Source of the DNA: Thermodesulfobacteriota bacterium
GTDB lineage: Bacteria; Desulfobacterota; Desulfarculia; JACQYL01
Direction: 5' to 3'
NCBI GenBank assembly: GCA_963675595.2
Contig: CAXXLZ010000002.1
Location: forward strand, 2,880,001 to 2,944,000
Length of the DNA stretch: 64,000 bases
The notes beneath the pieces were generated by a model, which saw only the letters and a program-made list of their open reading frames with translations, searched no databases and was not told the DNA's origin. Position 1 is the stretch's first letter, and each line of letters starts with the position of its first letter. Positions 33,497 to 42,516 of this stretch are shown piece by piece. The translations under genes and the position numbers were made by a program.

Positions 33497-34744
33497 TTAT
33501 CGGCCGCTTGTCTCCGGAGCGGGTCCCTGGGGAGAGGTCCCGGCCGCCCCGTTCTTTCCGGCCATAGGGTGAACCTTTACCGGCATGCCTGGATGAAGAC
33601 CGAGGACGCCTTCAACCGCAACCCGATCACCTGCTCGGAGCCCCTCGTAAATGAACCAGTCGGTGTCTTGCCATTCGCCCACAACCACGGGGCGCATTTC
33701 CGCTTTGTCTTCCTTGTCCACCACCCAGACGAAATGTCCCTTGGACGACTGCATGACCGCTCGTTGAGGAACCAGGATCGCATGGGGCCGAACCGCACCC
33801 TTGATACGGACATGCGCGTATTGGTTCGGGCGAAGCAAACCGTCGGGATTCTCAACGGTAGCACGGACAAGGAACGTACCCGTATCGGGATCGAAGGAGG
33901 GGTCGGCGAAAGTGACCTTGCCGGTGTGCGGGTAGATCGATCCATCCGCAAGAACAACCTCGACGACATAGTTTCCGTCATCGGGTTCGATGAGCAGGTT
34001 GTCGGCAATCTGTTTACGAAATCGCAGCCGGTCGTTTTCGGAAATACTGAAATTGACGTAAACCGGCGAGATAACCGCCACTGTGGTCAGTTCACTGTTG
34101 GCGGGATTCAAGTAGGTCCCGTCCGCCTGCTCCGCGGCGCCGGCAATGCCGGTCACCGGTGTCGTGATGACGGTATAGGACAGGTTGAGTTGTGCCTGTT
34201 CGACCGCCGCCTTGGCCTGCTCAACCGCGGCCGCCGTAGATTGGAACCGGCCTACGGCATCGTCCAGGTCTTTCGCGGAAAGCGCGTTTGCCGCCGCGAG
34301 CGGCTTCACACGCTCCAAATTTTGACGAGCCACATCGAAAGCCGCCCGCTCACGGGCCAGGGCCGCCGATGCGCGATCCAATTGCGCTCTCAGGGGCTTC
34401 TGATCCATTAGAAAGAGCGTTTCGCCCTCCTTGACCAAGGAGCCCTCGGTATAAACCCGTTTTTCCAAAAACCCGCTGACCCGCGAATGGATGTTCACCT
34501 GCCTCGAACTCCGGACCTGAGCAACAAATTCGAAAGTGACCGGCACCTCTTTGGGTTCCACGAAAATGACGGCAAGGTCCGGCTGTCGCTGTCCCGATTG
34601 GAGGTCGGAGCCGTCGTGCCGGTTGCACCCAAAGAGTCCCAAGAGGAGAACCAATGCAGAGAATACGTGAACAACCATCTTCGGGATAAGGCCCCCGGGC
34701 CGTGACCATTTATTGGGAGAATCTTTGTCGCATGCCAAAATCAC
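33497..34744 (-). CDS. RND periplasmic adaptor (membrane fusion protein)
   Basis: LFGC lipobox, RVSGFL...EG..V..G..LF, coiled coil, D..TGT...RA...NP...L.P; GGAGG RBS before GTG. Confidence 0.95.
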   Translation of the reverse strand: MILACDKDSPNKWSRPGGLIPKMVVHVFSALVLLLGLFGCNRHDGSDLQSGQRQPDLAVIFVEPKEVPVTFEFVAQVRSSRQVNIHSRVSGFLEKRVYTEGSLVKEGETLFLMDQKPLRAQLDRASAALARERAAFDVARQNLERVKPLAAANALSAKDLDDAVGRFQSTAAAVEQAKAAVEQAQLNLSYTVITTPVTGIAGAAEQADGTYLNPANSELTTVAVISPVYVNFSISENDRLRFRKQIADNLLIEPDDGNYVVEVVLADGSIYPHTGKVTFADPSFDPDTGTFLVRATVENPDGLLRPNQYAHVRIKGAVRPHAILVPQRAVMQSSKGHFVWVVDKEDKAEMRPVVVGEWQDTDWFIYEGLRAGDRVAVEGVLGLHPGMPVKVHPMAGKNGAAGTSPQGPAPETSGR

Positions 34745-34852
34745 GCCTCCTGAATGCTTAACGCCGAACGGCCGCGGGTTTCTTCTCCTTGGATGAGGAG
34801 TCCGAAAGGATCGGGCTCCCCGGCAAAACCGGGGATAGGCACCGGCGCCCTT

Positions 34853-36136
34853 CTATGAACCCCGAGACCCGTCCGTCGCCGTCATGATTTTGCTCACGGG
34901 AATTCCTTGGCGGATCAAGCCCACCATGCGTCTCATGTAAGGATCAACGTGTCGATGGAATCTCTTGAAACCGGGGCAGAGATAGTTTAGTCCCGGTTCC
35001 CCGTGGGGAGATTTGACAAATCGCTGTTTCGGGCACCCTCCTCGGCACGCGAAGAGGTACTCGCACCCGCGGCAATATGCGGGAAGAGCGGTTTTTTTTG
35101 ATGCGCCGAAGTCCCTCTGACTTTTCGACTCGACCATGCCTGCCAACCCGCCATCGAGGATGTTGCCGAGACGGTATGCAGGGTACATGTAGTGGTCGCA
35201 GGAAAAGACATCACCGTTGTATTCCAGGATGAGGTTCCTCCCGCAGCGGGGGGAGAGCCGGCACACCCCCGGTCCCACACCGGCCCAGGTCCCCACGCTC
35301 CATTCAAAATTCATCACGAAGATCTTGCCGACATCGTTCTTGATCCACTCATCGAAGACCTGATTGAGAAACTCACCGTACGGCTCCGGTTCCACGCTCC
35401 AGGGCGTGACCGAAGTCGATTGCGCTTCACTTGTGAGCGAAGGCGGGACCGAAAGCCGGAGTCCCAGCTCTCCCGCTTCGGCATCGGCCTCTCTTTCAAC
35501 GATGGGAATAAACTGGATGAACCGAACGCCCTGTTCCTTGAAAAAGCGATACACCTCAATGGGGTGCTTCGAACCCTCGCGGCCTACAGAGGCAAGAATG
35601 TTTACCTCAACTCCGTAATCCTGCATCAACCGCAGCGAATGAAGGACCCGGTCGAAGCTTGGCTCTCCATTCACATCCACACGGCACGCGTTGTGAACCG
35701 CCTTGGGCCCGTCAAGGCTCAGGCCGACCAGAAAATTTTCCTTTGCGAGGAAATCGCACCAAGCTTGGTCCAACATCGTGCCATTGGTCTGGAACGAATT
35801 GGTAATCCGTTTTCCCGCACCGTATTTTCTCTGAAAGTCCAGGGCTCGCCGAAAAAACTCCATCCCCGCCAGAGAAGGCTCTCCTCCCTGCCACTCGAAT
35901 ACGACGGATATTCCGGGTTGCGATTCGATGTATTCCCGCGTGTAGGCTTCGAGAACCTCGTCGGACATGCGCATTGTCCCGTTTTCAGGGAAGAAGACTC
36001 CTTTCTCCCGGTAGAAACAATATTCGCAGCGGAGATTACAGCTCGGCCCCGCAGGTTTGGCCATGAGGTGAAAGCCCTGCCGAATAGGACGATGCGCCAC
36101 GGAGAATTCCCGGGTTGCTTTTCTATGATGAGGCAT
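34853..36136 (-). CDS. Anaerobic sulfatase maturase (radical SAM/SPASM)
   Basis: MAKPAG.SCNLRCEYCFY, WQGGEP, QTNG, SLDGP, SCDHY, C..C.....C.GGCPK, YLC. Confidence 0.95.
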   Translation of the reverse strand: MPHHRKATREFSVAHRPIRQGFHLMAKPAGPSCNLRCEYCFYREKGVFFPENGTMRMSDEVLEAYTREYIESQPGISVVFEWQGGEPSLAGMEFFRRALDFQRKYGAGKRITNSFQTNGTMLDQAWCDFLAKENFLVGLSLDGPKAVHNACRVDVNGEPSFDRVLHSLRLMQDYGVEVNILASVGREGSKHPIEVYRFFKEQGVRFIQFIPIVEREADAEAGELGLRLSVPPSLTSEAQSTSVTPWSVEPEPYGEFLNQVFDEWIKNDVGKIFVMNFEWSVGTWAGVGPGVCRLSPRCGRNLILEYNGDVFSCDHYMYPAYRLGNILDGGLAGMVESKSQRDFGASKKTALPAYCRGCEYLFACRGGCPKQRFVKSPHGEPGLNYLCPGFKRFHRHVDPYMRRMVGLIRQGIPVSKIMTATDGSRGS

Positions 36137-36176
36137 ACTGCGAAAAATGATCCCTCTCCGGAGACAATCGGCCCGA

Positions 36177-38093
36177 CTAGCCGAGAGCGGCGGCCTCCTG
36201 TCGAGCCAGCTCCGTTTTCAACTCCGTATGTTTCAGCCTCAGTTCATCCATGGTCATGCCGGGCACGGCCACATCGCTGCGGACTTCTCCCGTCATGAAG
36301 TCAACCAGGTTGATCCGTTCAATGGGGTCCGCCGTCAAACAGTAGAGTTCCCATTGATCGTGTACCTCTCCATTGGGGTCCACATATCGAACGATCTTCC
36401 ACTCCCCGGTGCAGAGAGCCCTCACGTTGTTGGGCTGTGTAATCGTACCCGATTCCACGGAATGCCCGTTGTTCTTCACTTCTTCCACGTAACTCAGAAA
36501 CAGGTTGTGTAGAGCACGTTCGTCGTCGGTCGGATCGGAACCAAGTTCGCTGATCATGTCGTTGCTCATGAACAGAACGCCGGAACGCGGATTTCCGTCC
36601 GGCCCAAGGATATCTCCCGAACGTTCACCTTTCACATAGGGAGAGAGGTTTGCGCCGGCGAACGCACCTACCACGGGTGCACCGTGAGCGGATTCCATTT
36701 TGGGTCGCAACTCCGCCTCATCAATCCCGGCAAGGGCCAAGAGAGTGGGTGCAAGATCGATCGAACTGGTCGGCTCAAGGATTTCCCTCATTTCCTGGTT
36801 GTTCGTGTTAACGAGGGGAGAAGAGATGATCATGGGAACTCGAGTTGCCTCTTCATACGCGTTGTGCCACTTCTGAATCATCCCCCCATGCGACCCCGCC
36901 ATCTCACCGTGATCCGACAGGAAGACGACAATGGTGTTCTCGGTCAGACCGTTATCGTCCAGGGCCTGCAACATCCTGCGGAGTTGAAGATCGGCGAGGT
37001 ACCAACAATACGCATAGAACCGGTTGTAGGCCAACGACCAGGTCGATGCGTCCTCTCCCTGAAGTTGAAACGGGTAGGGAGACGGAAGTCCCTTGGATTC
37101 CAACGACGCCTTCATGATCAAGCCGTACTTGAGAGCGTAATCCTGCTGACAACGCGGCTTGTCGTCGAGGGACTCCCCGAAGGTCGGCGGCAGGGAGCCG
37201 TTGTCTTGCGGGAACCCGTCCGGATTCAGCTCCACCTCCAGCCCCTGGGGATTCGGAAGGCTCATTTCGCCCATATAGGGATTGGGCGGCGGCGGCGGAT
37301 AATTGATCCATGGAACCACGCCCTGGTCATCGGGAAGCTGCCAATTCGCCGGCCAAGCGCTGCAGTCGTGAGGATTGACCAGTGAGCCGACCGCCAGCCA
37401 TGGCCCGTTGGAGCGCTCCTTTCCTTTGTCCGAGAGAAATTGCTCGACATTGTCCACAAAACCGACGTCTCGATACGCTCCCAGGTTATAGGCATTCCCC
37501 GTATGAGCCTCGGGGTATGATTTCTCCCAATCCGAAAAACCCCAGGGTTCGAGGTAATCAGGCTCCTTGGGGTCCGATACGTGCCATTTTCCGAAATAAT
37601 GGGTGCCGTACCCCGCGGCCCGAAACCAATCGCCGATGGTCGGGGTACCTTCCGGGTCGAGCCACGGCACTTCTTCGGCGGATTTGAAAAACCCGTCCGT
37701 TTGGGTGACCCCGGTGGCATAGGAACCGGTCATGATGCACGTCCTGCTGGGCACGCAGGCCGAGGAGGCGGTATAGTGGGTTCTCATGACAACGGCGTTT
37801 TGCCGCAACCGCAAGAAGCCGGGGAAGAAGGAAGTGAAGGGATTGTCGGGAGACAACGGCCGAAAACCGAGTATCTCTTTCAATCCTTGCTCCATTCCTT
37901 CATCGGATGCATACCCCTCCGGAGGAAAACGCAACTGGTCCATCATCAACAACAGGATGTTCGGATTGGCGGTGCCGGCGGTACCGCCTCCGGAGCAACC
38001 GGAGCCGCCGCCCGATCCTAAAGCGCTGCAGAGCAGGGCGCCCGCCACACACTTAGGCGGAAGCGTGAGGAATTTCCTTCGCGTCATGGTCAT
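36177..38093 (-). CDS. Cys-type formylglycine sulfatase with a twin-arginine signal
   Basis: TRRKFL Tat motif, PNILLLMMDQ, CVPSRTCIMTG, GKWH, NPHD, SDHGE. Confidence 0.93.
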   Translation of the reverse strand: MTMTRRKFLTLPPKCVAGALLCSALGSGGGSGCSGGGTAGTANPNILLLMMDQLRFPPEGYASDEGMEQGLKEILGFRPLSPDNPFTSFFPGFLRLRQNAVVMRTHYTASSACVPSRTCIMTGSYATGVTQTDGFFKSAEEVPWLDPEGTPTIGDWFRAAGYGTHYFGKWHVSDPKEPDYLEPWGFSDWEKSYPEAHTGNAYNLGAYRDVGFVDNVEQFLSDKGKERSNGPWLAVGSLVNPHDCSAWPANWQLPDDQGVVPWINYPPPPPNPYMGEMSLPNPQGLEVELNPDGFPQDNGSLPPTFGESLDDKPRCQQDYALKYGLIMKASLESKGLPSPYPFQLQGEDASTWSLAYNRFYAYCWYLADLQLRRMLQALDDNGLTENTIVVFLSDHGEMAGSHGGMIQKWHNAYEEATRVPMIISSPLVNTNNQEMREILEPTSSIDLAPTLLALAGIDEAELRPKMESAHGAPVVGAFAGANLSPYVKGERSGDILGPDGNPRSGVLFMSNDMISELGSDPTDDERALHNLFLSYVEEVKNNGHSVESGTITQPNNVRALCTGEWKIVRYVDPNGEVHDQWELYCLTADPIERINLVDFMTGEVRSDVAVPGMTMDELRLKHTELKTELARQEAAALG

Positions 38094-38120
38094 TCAAGAG
38101 ACCCCTTCCGTGGTTGCCGG

Positions 38121-39806
38121 TCAGTCGTTGTAAGAAACGCGCAACGGCCCGACGATGGAATTGAAGACCAAGTCTCCGTCCTCCAGATATTGCAGAATGG
38201 CATAGGCGCCGTTTCCAAGATTCAGACGCCCGAACATTGTCTGGTGCACGGTGGAGCCGTTGTCCCAATCAAGACCGGTGACCTCCCAGCCTCTCTCTTC
38301 CGTATAGCCGTTCACCAGCGCCATGTTTTCGGGCTCGCTGTGAATCGGCACCATGCTGGTGGAAGAAACATCGGATCGCGCCCATACGGAAGACCATTCG
38401 TGCGTTGACGGATTCCACTGAAAACGCTCAACGCCGTAAGAAGTGGGATAGGCCGGACCCATGAGCGAAACCTGGAGAATCTTGTTCGCGCTTTGAACTT
38501 CGCTGTTGACGGTTTCCGGAATGTTGTTCACCACAAAGGCCCCGTAGCCGTGCACGACCACCGACTGTTCGGACTGAATCCACTCGGGCGTGGCTGCAAA
38601 GCCGCAGGTCACCTTAATCTGCCCCGCGATGCGCGGCGAGGCCGTATCCGGCTTCTGCACGAATCCGTCGGGGATATCGTCCCGCCAAAACGCCACGAGT
38701 TTCATCTGCTCGGCGCCGTCGGTAATGACCACCAGCTTGTCCGCGTCCCCGGCAAAACCCATGAGCGTCGGAGTGGACCCCGTGCCGTTGCCGACCTTGA
38801 TAATGGGAGGCAACACCTTTGAAGTGTCATAGGGGCTGGACCAAGCACCATCGGCTTCGCTCCCGGACAGCTCGGCGCCGGTCCAGACCAGTTTGTGCAT
38901 GAGTTTGTTGCTCGCCACATAGATGCCGTTGTGTTCATCCACGGAAAGCGAGTTACTGACGTATTCATCGTCGGCAAAGCGGTAAAACGAATTGGAGGCC
39001 GGGTTGAGGTCCCGGTCGATAACCGCCACTCCATTACTGAAGGTGATGATCAGCCGGCCGTCATAGGTCATGGACAGACCGAAAAGCCTGGTTCCGGCAG
39101 GCGGAGCGGGGTCGTCGCCTTGAATGGCGGAAACTACGTTCTCCAGTTTATAGCGGATGGCAATTCCCTCGGAGGGCCGGCCGGGATCGCTCCATGCGAA
39201 GCCGTATAGATTGTTGCCATAGTTGGTGTAGAGCACGTTATCCTTATCCACCACCGAGTAAATCCCATTCCCGAAACGACTGCCGTAATTCTCACCGAAA
39301 AGACTCTTCAGTTGAGCATCCATGGACGCGGCGTCCATTCCCACAGCGGAGGATTCACCAAAGGCACGAAGATTCTCATCCGGAATCGCCCCGAACGTGC
39401 CGCCCGAGGCATCGGCCAGAGCGTCAAATTCGGCTGCCGTGGACCACTCTCCCTCACCCCCGTGCACCACACTCACCCGGTCCGAGCCCACTTCCCACAT
39501 GTAGTCCGTATTGGTGGAGGCAAGAGTAATGATGTTGATCGGACCTCCGTAACAGATGGGTTTCGCATCGGGGTCCACTGCATAAACATTCCGACCAGGT
39601 CCGTAAGGTGTAGAGTCGCTTTGAGCCGAATCGAAATGAGTTATGGCATAGAGCGATGAAGCCAGGTATGGGTTTGGGGTCGCTTTGTTGACCCTGGTCT
39701 CCGAGTCATTAGAACCGCAAGCAACTAATGTTGATAATACGATCATGCATAATGACAGTCGGAAACCCAAAAATGGTATTCGTTCGTGTTCCAATGAGGC
39801 TTTCAT
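38121..39806 (-). CDS. Hypothetical lipoprotein (beta-rich, possible propeller)
   Basis: LVAC lipobox then GSNDSE; long open frame 27 bp upstream of the sulfatase start. Confidence 0.8.
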   Translation of the reverse strand: MKASLEHERIPFLGFRLSLCMIVLSTLVACGSNDSETRVNKATPNPYLASSLYAITHFDSAQSDSTPYGPGRNVYAVDPDAKPICYGGPINIITLASTNTDYMWEVGSDRVSVVHGGEGEWSTAAEFDALADASGGTFGAIPDENLRAFGESSAVGMDAASMDAQLKSLFGENYGSRFGNGIYSVVDKDNVLYTNYGNNLYGFAWSDPGRPSEGIAIRYKLENVVSAIQGDDPAPPAGTRLFGLSMTYDGRLIITFSNGVAVIDRDLNPASNSFYRFADDEYVSNSLSVDEHNGIYVASNKLMHKLVWTGAELSGSEADGAWSSPYDTSKVLPPIIKVGNGTGSTPTLMGFAGDADKLVVITDGAEQMKLVAFWRDDIPDGFVQKPDTASPRIAGQIKVTCGFAATPEWIQSEQSVVVHGYGAFVVNNIPETVNSEVQSANKILQVSLMGPAYPTSYGVERFQWNPSTHEWSSVWARSDVSSTSMVPIHSEPENMALVNGYTEERGWEVTGLDWDNGSTVHQTMFGRLNLGNGAYAILQYLEDGDLVFNSIVGPLRVSYND

Positions 39807-39881
39807 TTCATCATCCTTCTTGTTGCATTATTGTCGTCCCTTATAACTATTGGTGCATTGGATTTCCCGTTTAAGACCGGA

Positions 39882-41159
39882 CACTACTGTCCGGTTATAA
39901 CTAGTTGAAATTAAGGATTAATTGTTGCTGATGTGAAGATGTTTGTTTTAGCGTTCCTGGATCAAATAAGCACCATATGTCTCGCCGGTTGAAGAGGTTC
40001 AATTGGAGTAGACGGAGTATTTGAGAGAGACTGTTCCCCAAGCGAGCCAGGAACTTGTAGTAGGCCAGCAGAAGCATGGTGATCAGGGCGATCCAGAGCT
40101 GAGTGAGTACGGCGTTTTTAGTAGTCCCGAAGAAGGTTTTGACCTTAAGGTTCTGTTTGATCCACTTGAAAAACAGTTCGATCTGCCAGCGCTCCCGGTA
40201 GATATCTGCGATGGTTTTGGATGAAAGCCGAAAGATATTGGTTAGATAGACATAATGTTTTTTCGTTTCAAGATCCCGATATCCCACCCGTCGTAGTGGG
40301 ATGGGGCACTCTTTAGCCTTCGTGCCGGTAAGGATGATAGTCTGATCCGAGGTTACTCCTTTGGATTTGAGGACCCTATGACGTTTTACGACCTGGTACT
40401 TGATGTTCTTTTTCATCCGAGTCACGAAGGAGATGTTGTTCTCGTTGAGATCCCGAAACCAAGCGAAATCAACGTATGCGCGATCCATGGCCACGATGGA
40501 GCCCGAAGGCAGCCGAAGCAACTTGGCTACGGTGAGGTCCGCTTTCTTGGCCTCGGAGACTTGTACGAAAGCGGGAATGTACCCATCGTGGTCCAAGAGC
40601 GTATGTAGTTTGATGCCGCCCTTGGTGGTCCGAAACTTGGCCCAATCAAACAGCGACAGGCATAAATCCACCACCGATGCGTCCAGGGAGTACAGCTTGT
40701 TCTTGAAGCGAAATCGCTTCCTCGGGGCTACGGACGCGCACTTTTTGTACTGATGATGGAAAACGGCTTCGAAAAATCCGGCGTCACGGCTGCTGTTCGC
40801 GTCCGCGAGAGTGGAACGCTTCACCGTACGCGCACCCAAATGATAAAGCCTTCTCGACTGAAACCTGAATTGATTCACGATATCCCGAAGGCCACATCTT
40901 GTGGTGATTTGAGCAAACATCATCACAACAAACTGTTCCCAGCGGTCAAGCGTTCGATACTTTCGTATAGGCCGATAACCTTGGTTCTCAATGCGTCGAA
41001 AATCATGTCTATCAACCAGTTGAAGCAGCTGACCGAATATAGTATTAACATGTGCCATGGCCTGATTCTCCTTTCGCTTCAATTAGTTACAGGCAAAACT
41101 AATATAGCACGAAAGGGCTGTTTCAGGCCTATTTTTGTTCGCTTAACCGGACAGTTGTG
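39882..41159 (-). mobile_element. Complete IS4-family insertion sequence (1278 bp)
   Basis: 16-bp terminal inverted repeats CAC(T/A)ACTGTCCGGTTA; 9-bp target duplication AAGACCGGA at 39873-39881 and 41160-41168. Confidence 0.93.
39901..41058 (-). CDS. IS4-family DDE transposase
   Basis: RSTLADAN, LDAS, KLH, DRAY, YRERWQIELFFKWIKQNL (Y-2-R-3-E-6-K). Confidence 0.96.
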   Translation of the reverse strand: MAHVNTIFGQLLQLVDRHDFRRIENQGYRPIRKYRTLDRWEQFVVMMFAQITTRCGLRDIVNQFRFQSRRLYHLGARTVKRSTLADANSSRDAGFFEAVFHHQYKKCASVAPRKRFRFKNKLYSLDASVVDLCLSLFDWAKFRTTKGGIKLHTLLDHDGYIPAFVQVSEAKKADLTVAKLLRLPSGSIVAMDRAYVDFAWFRDLNENNISFVTRMKKNIKYQVVKRHRVLKSKGVTSDQTIILTGTKAKECPIPLRRVGYRDLETKKHYVYLTNIFRLSSKTIADIYRERWQIELFFKWIKQNLKVKTFFGTTKNAVLTQLWIALITMLLLAYYKFLARLGNSLSQILRLLQLNLFNRRDIWCLFDPGTLKQTSSHQQQLILNFN

Positions 41160-41266
41160 AAGACCGGATCCCCTTTTCAAGGCGTGACCACCGAATCAAG
41201 AAGCTATGACAAGGGATGAAACAAAATTCGCCTCAGACGGACTGGACGCATATTTTCACAGGCCGG

Positions 41267-41602
41267 TTAAGCACCGCCGGCCTCAATCACCTGAATCAAG
41301 TCATCTTCCGTCAGGAGTCGAGAATGCTCACCGGAAAGGACCAGCATCTTATGGCTCGCCAAGTCGACTCCAATCAGCAGCATCGTGGGATGCTTTCGCA
41401 GCAGCGGCACGGCGAACGAGGGCTCGGCTCCGGCAAGGTCAAACAGGATCGCATCGGGAGGAAGGGCGTCCAGCGCCTCAATGAGCTCCGAAAGTGATCC
41501 CCCTATCTCCAGCACCTGAAACTCCGGCTTCCGCTTCAGGCTTGCGCCTATGGCGGACATGACCACATTGTGCCCATAGAGCGCCACCCGCCGCGTCCTC
41601 AT
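41267..41602 (-). CDS. Small hypothetical protein, degenerate receiver-like fold
   Basis: GGAGG RBS; RVALYG...PPDAILFDLA...P.MLLIG pattern; lies downstream of the NarL-type regulator. Confidence 0.6.
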   Translation of the reverse strand: MRTRRVALYGHNVVMSAIGASLKRKPEFQVLEIGGSLSELIEALDALPPDAILFDLAGAEPSFAVPLLRKHPTMLLIGVDLASHKMLVLSGEHSRLLTEDDLIQVIEAGGA

Positions 41603-41865
41603 TTGCTCTCACCTCCGAGATTCTCGAGCGCAAGATACCGAGTTCATTATCAGCTTACGATGGAACGCTCGTGAACGGAATATCTCCAAGGGAGTGTTTT
41701 GGTTTAGTCGGCGGGAGAAAAAAGTAGAGTCGCCTTGCCGTCCCGCGACTCTTCTTTTGGCTATACTTTTATTGGGGATTGGCGCCTAAGGACGAAAAAG
41801 GATGGACGACACGGAATGCAGGGTTCTTTCTTCCTGATGGATTTCACGCTTGGACCGCGCTACCG

Positions 41866-42516
41866 TCATTTCACGAGCCCGGAGCGTCGGGCATACTCGA
41901 TCACCTGTCGGCGATTTTCCAGATGAAGCCGCTCAATGATTTCCCCCATGTGATATTTGATCGTATGTTCGGACAAAAACAATTTCGCCCCAACTTCCTT
42001 ATAGGTCAACCCTTGAGCAACAAGTTCAACAACCTCGAGTTGGCGCGGAGTCAGCGCCTCGCCCGGCTCCTTGAACTCCTCAACGGACCCCGTCGCCTCC
42101 GCTTGCCGAGCGAATTCTCTCAGCACGCGGCCGGCCAGGCCCGGAGAGAGAGGCACTTCCCCTCTCATGAGTCCCGAAAGCAGTTCAAAGAATCTGTCGG
42201 TATCTTCTAGCTTGAGCAAATAGCCGCAGGCCCCGCTTTTGATCGCCTCGAACAGATCCTCATCATTCTCCGATATAGTGAGCATCACGATTTTCACATC
42301 GGGTTGTTCCGCCTTGATCAAACGGGTTGCGGCCAAGCCGTCCAATCGGGGCATCTGAATATCCATGAGAATGACTTCGGGGTTCAAAGTGCGCGCCATC
42401 TCCAGCGCCTCGCGGCCGTCGCGTGCCGTGCCGAGCACTTCAACGCCCCTAAGGATCATCAGGTTTTTGAGCCCGTCCAGGAACAGCGGGTGGTCATCCG
42501 CCAAGAGAACTCTCAT
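41866..42516 (-). CDS. NarL/LuxR-family response regulator
   Basis: LLADDH, ILMDIQMP, GACGYLLK, LTPRQLEV...G..YKE...L.LSEHTIKYH. Confidence 0.96.
   Translation of the reverse strand: MRVLLADDHPLFLDGLKNLMILRGVEVLGTARDGREALEMARTLNPEVILMDIQMPRLDGLAATRLIKAEQPDVKIVMLTISENDEDLFEAIKSGACGYLLKLEDTDRFFELLSGLMRGEVPLSPGLAGRVLREFARQAEATGSVEEFKEPGEALTPRQLEVVELVAQGLTYKEVGAKLFLSEHTIKYHMGEIIERLHLENRRQVIEYARRSGLVK

Noticed and set aside
31974-33572. Long antisense and off-frame ORFs (also 1604-2713, 35192-36298, 62280-63521)
   Set aside because: Shadow ORFs typical of GC-rich coding DNA, overlapping well-supported genes.
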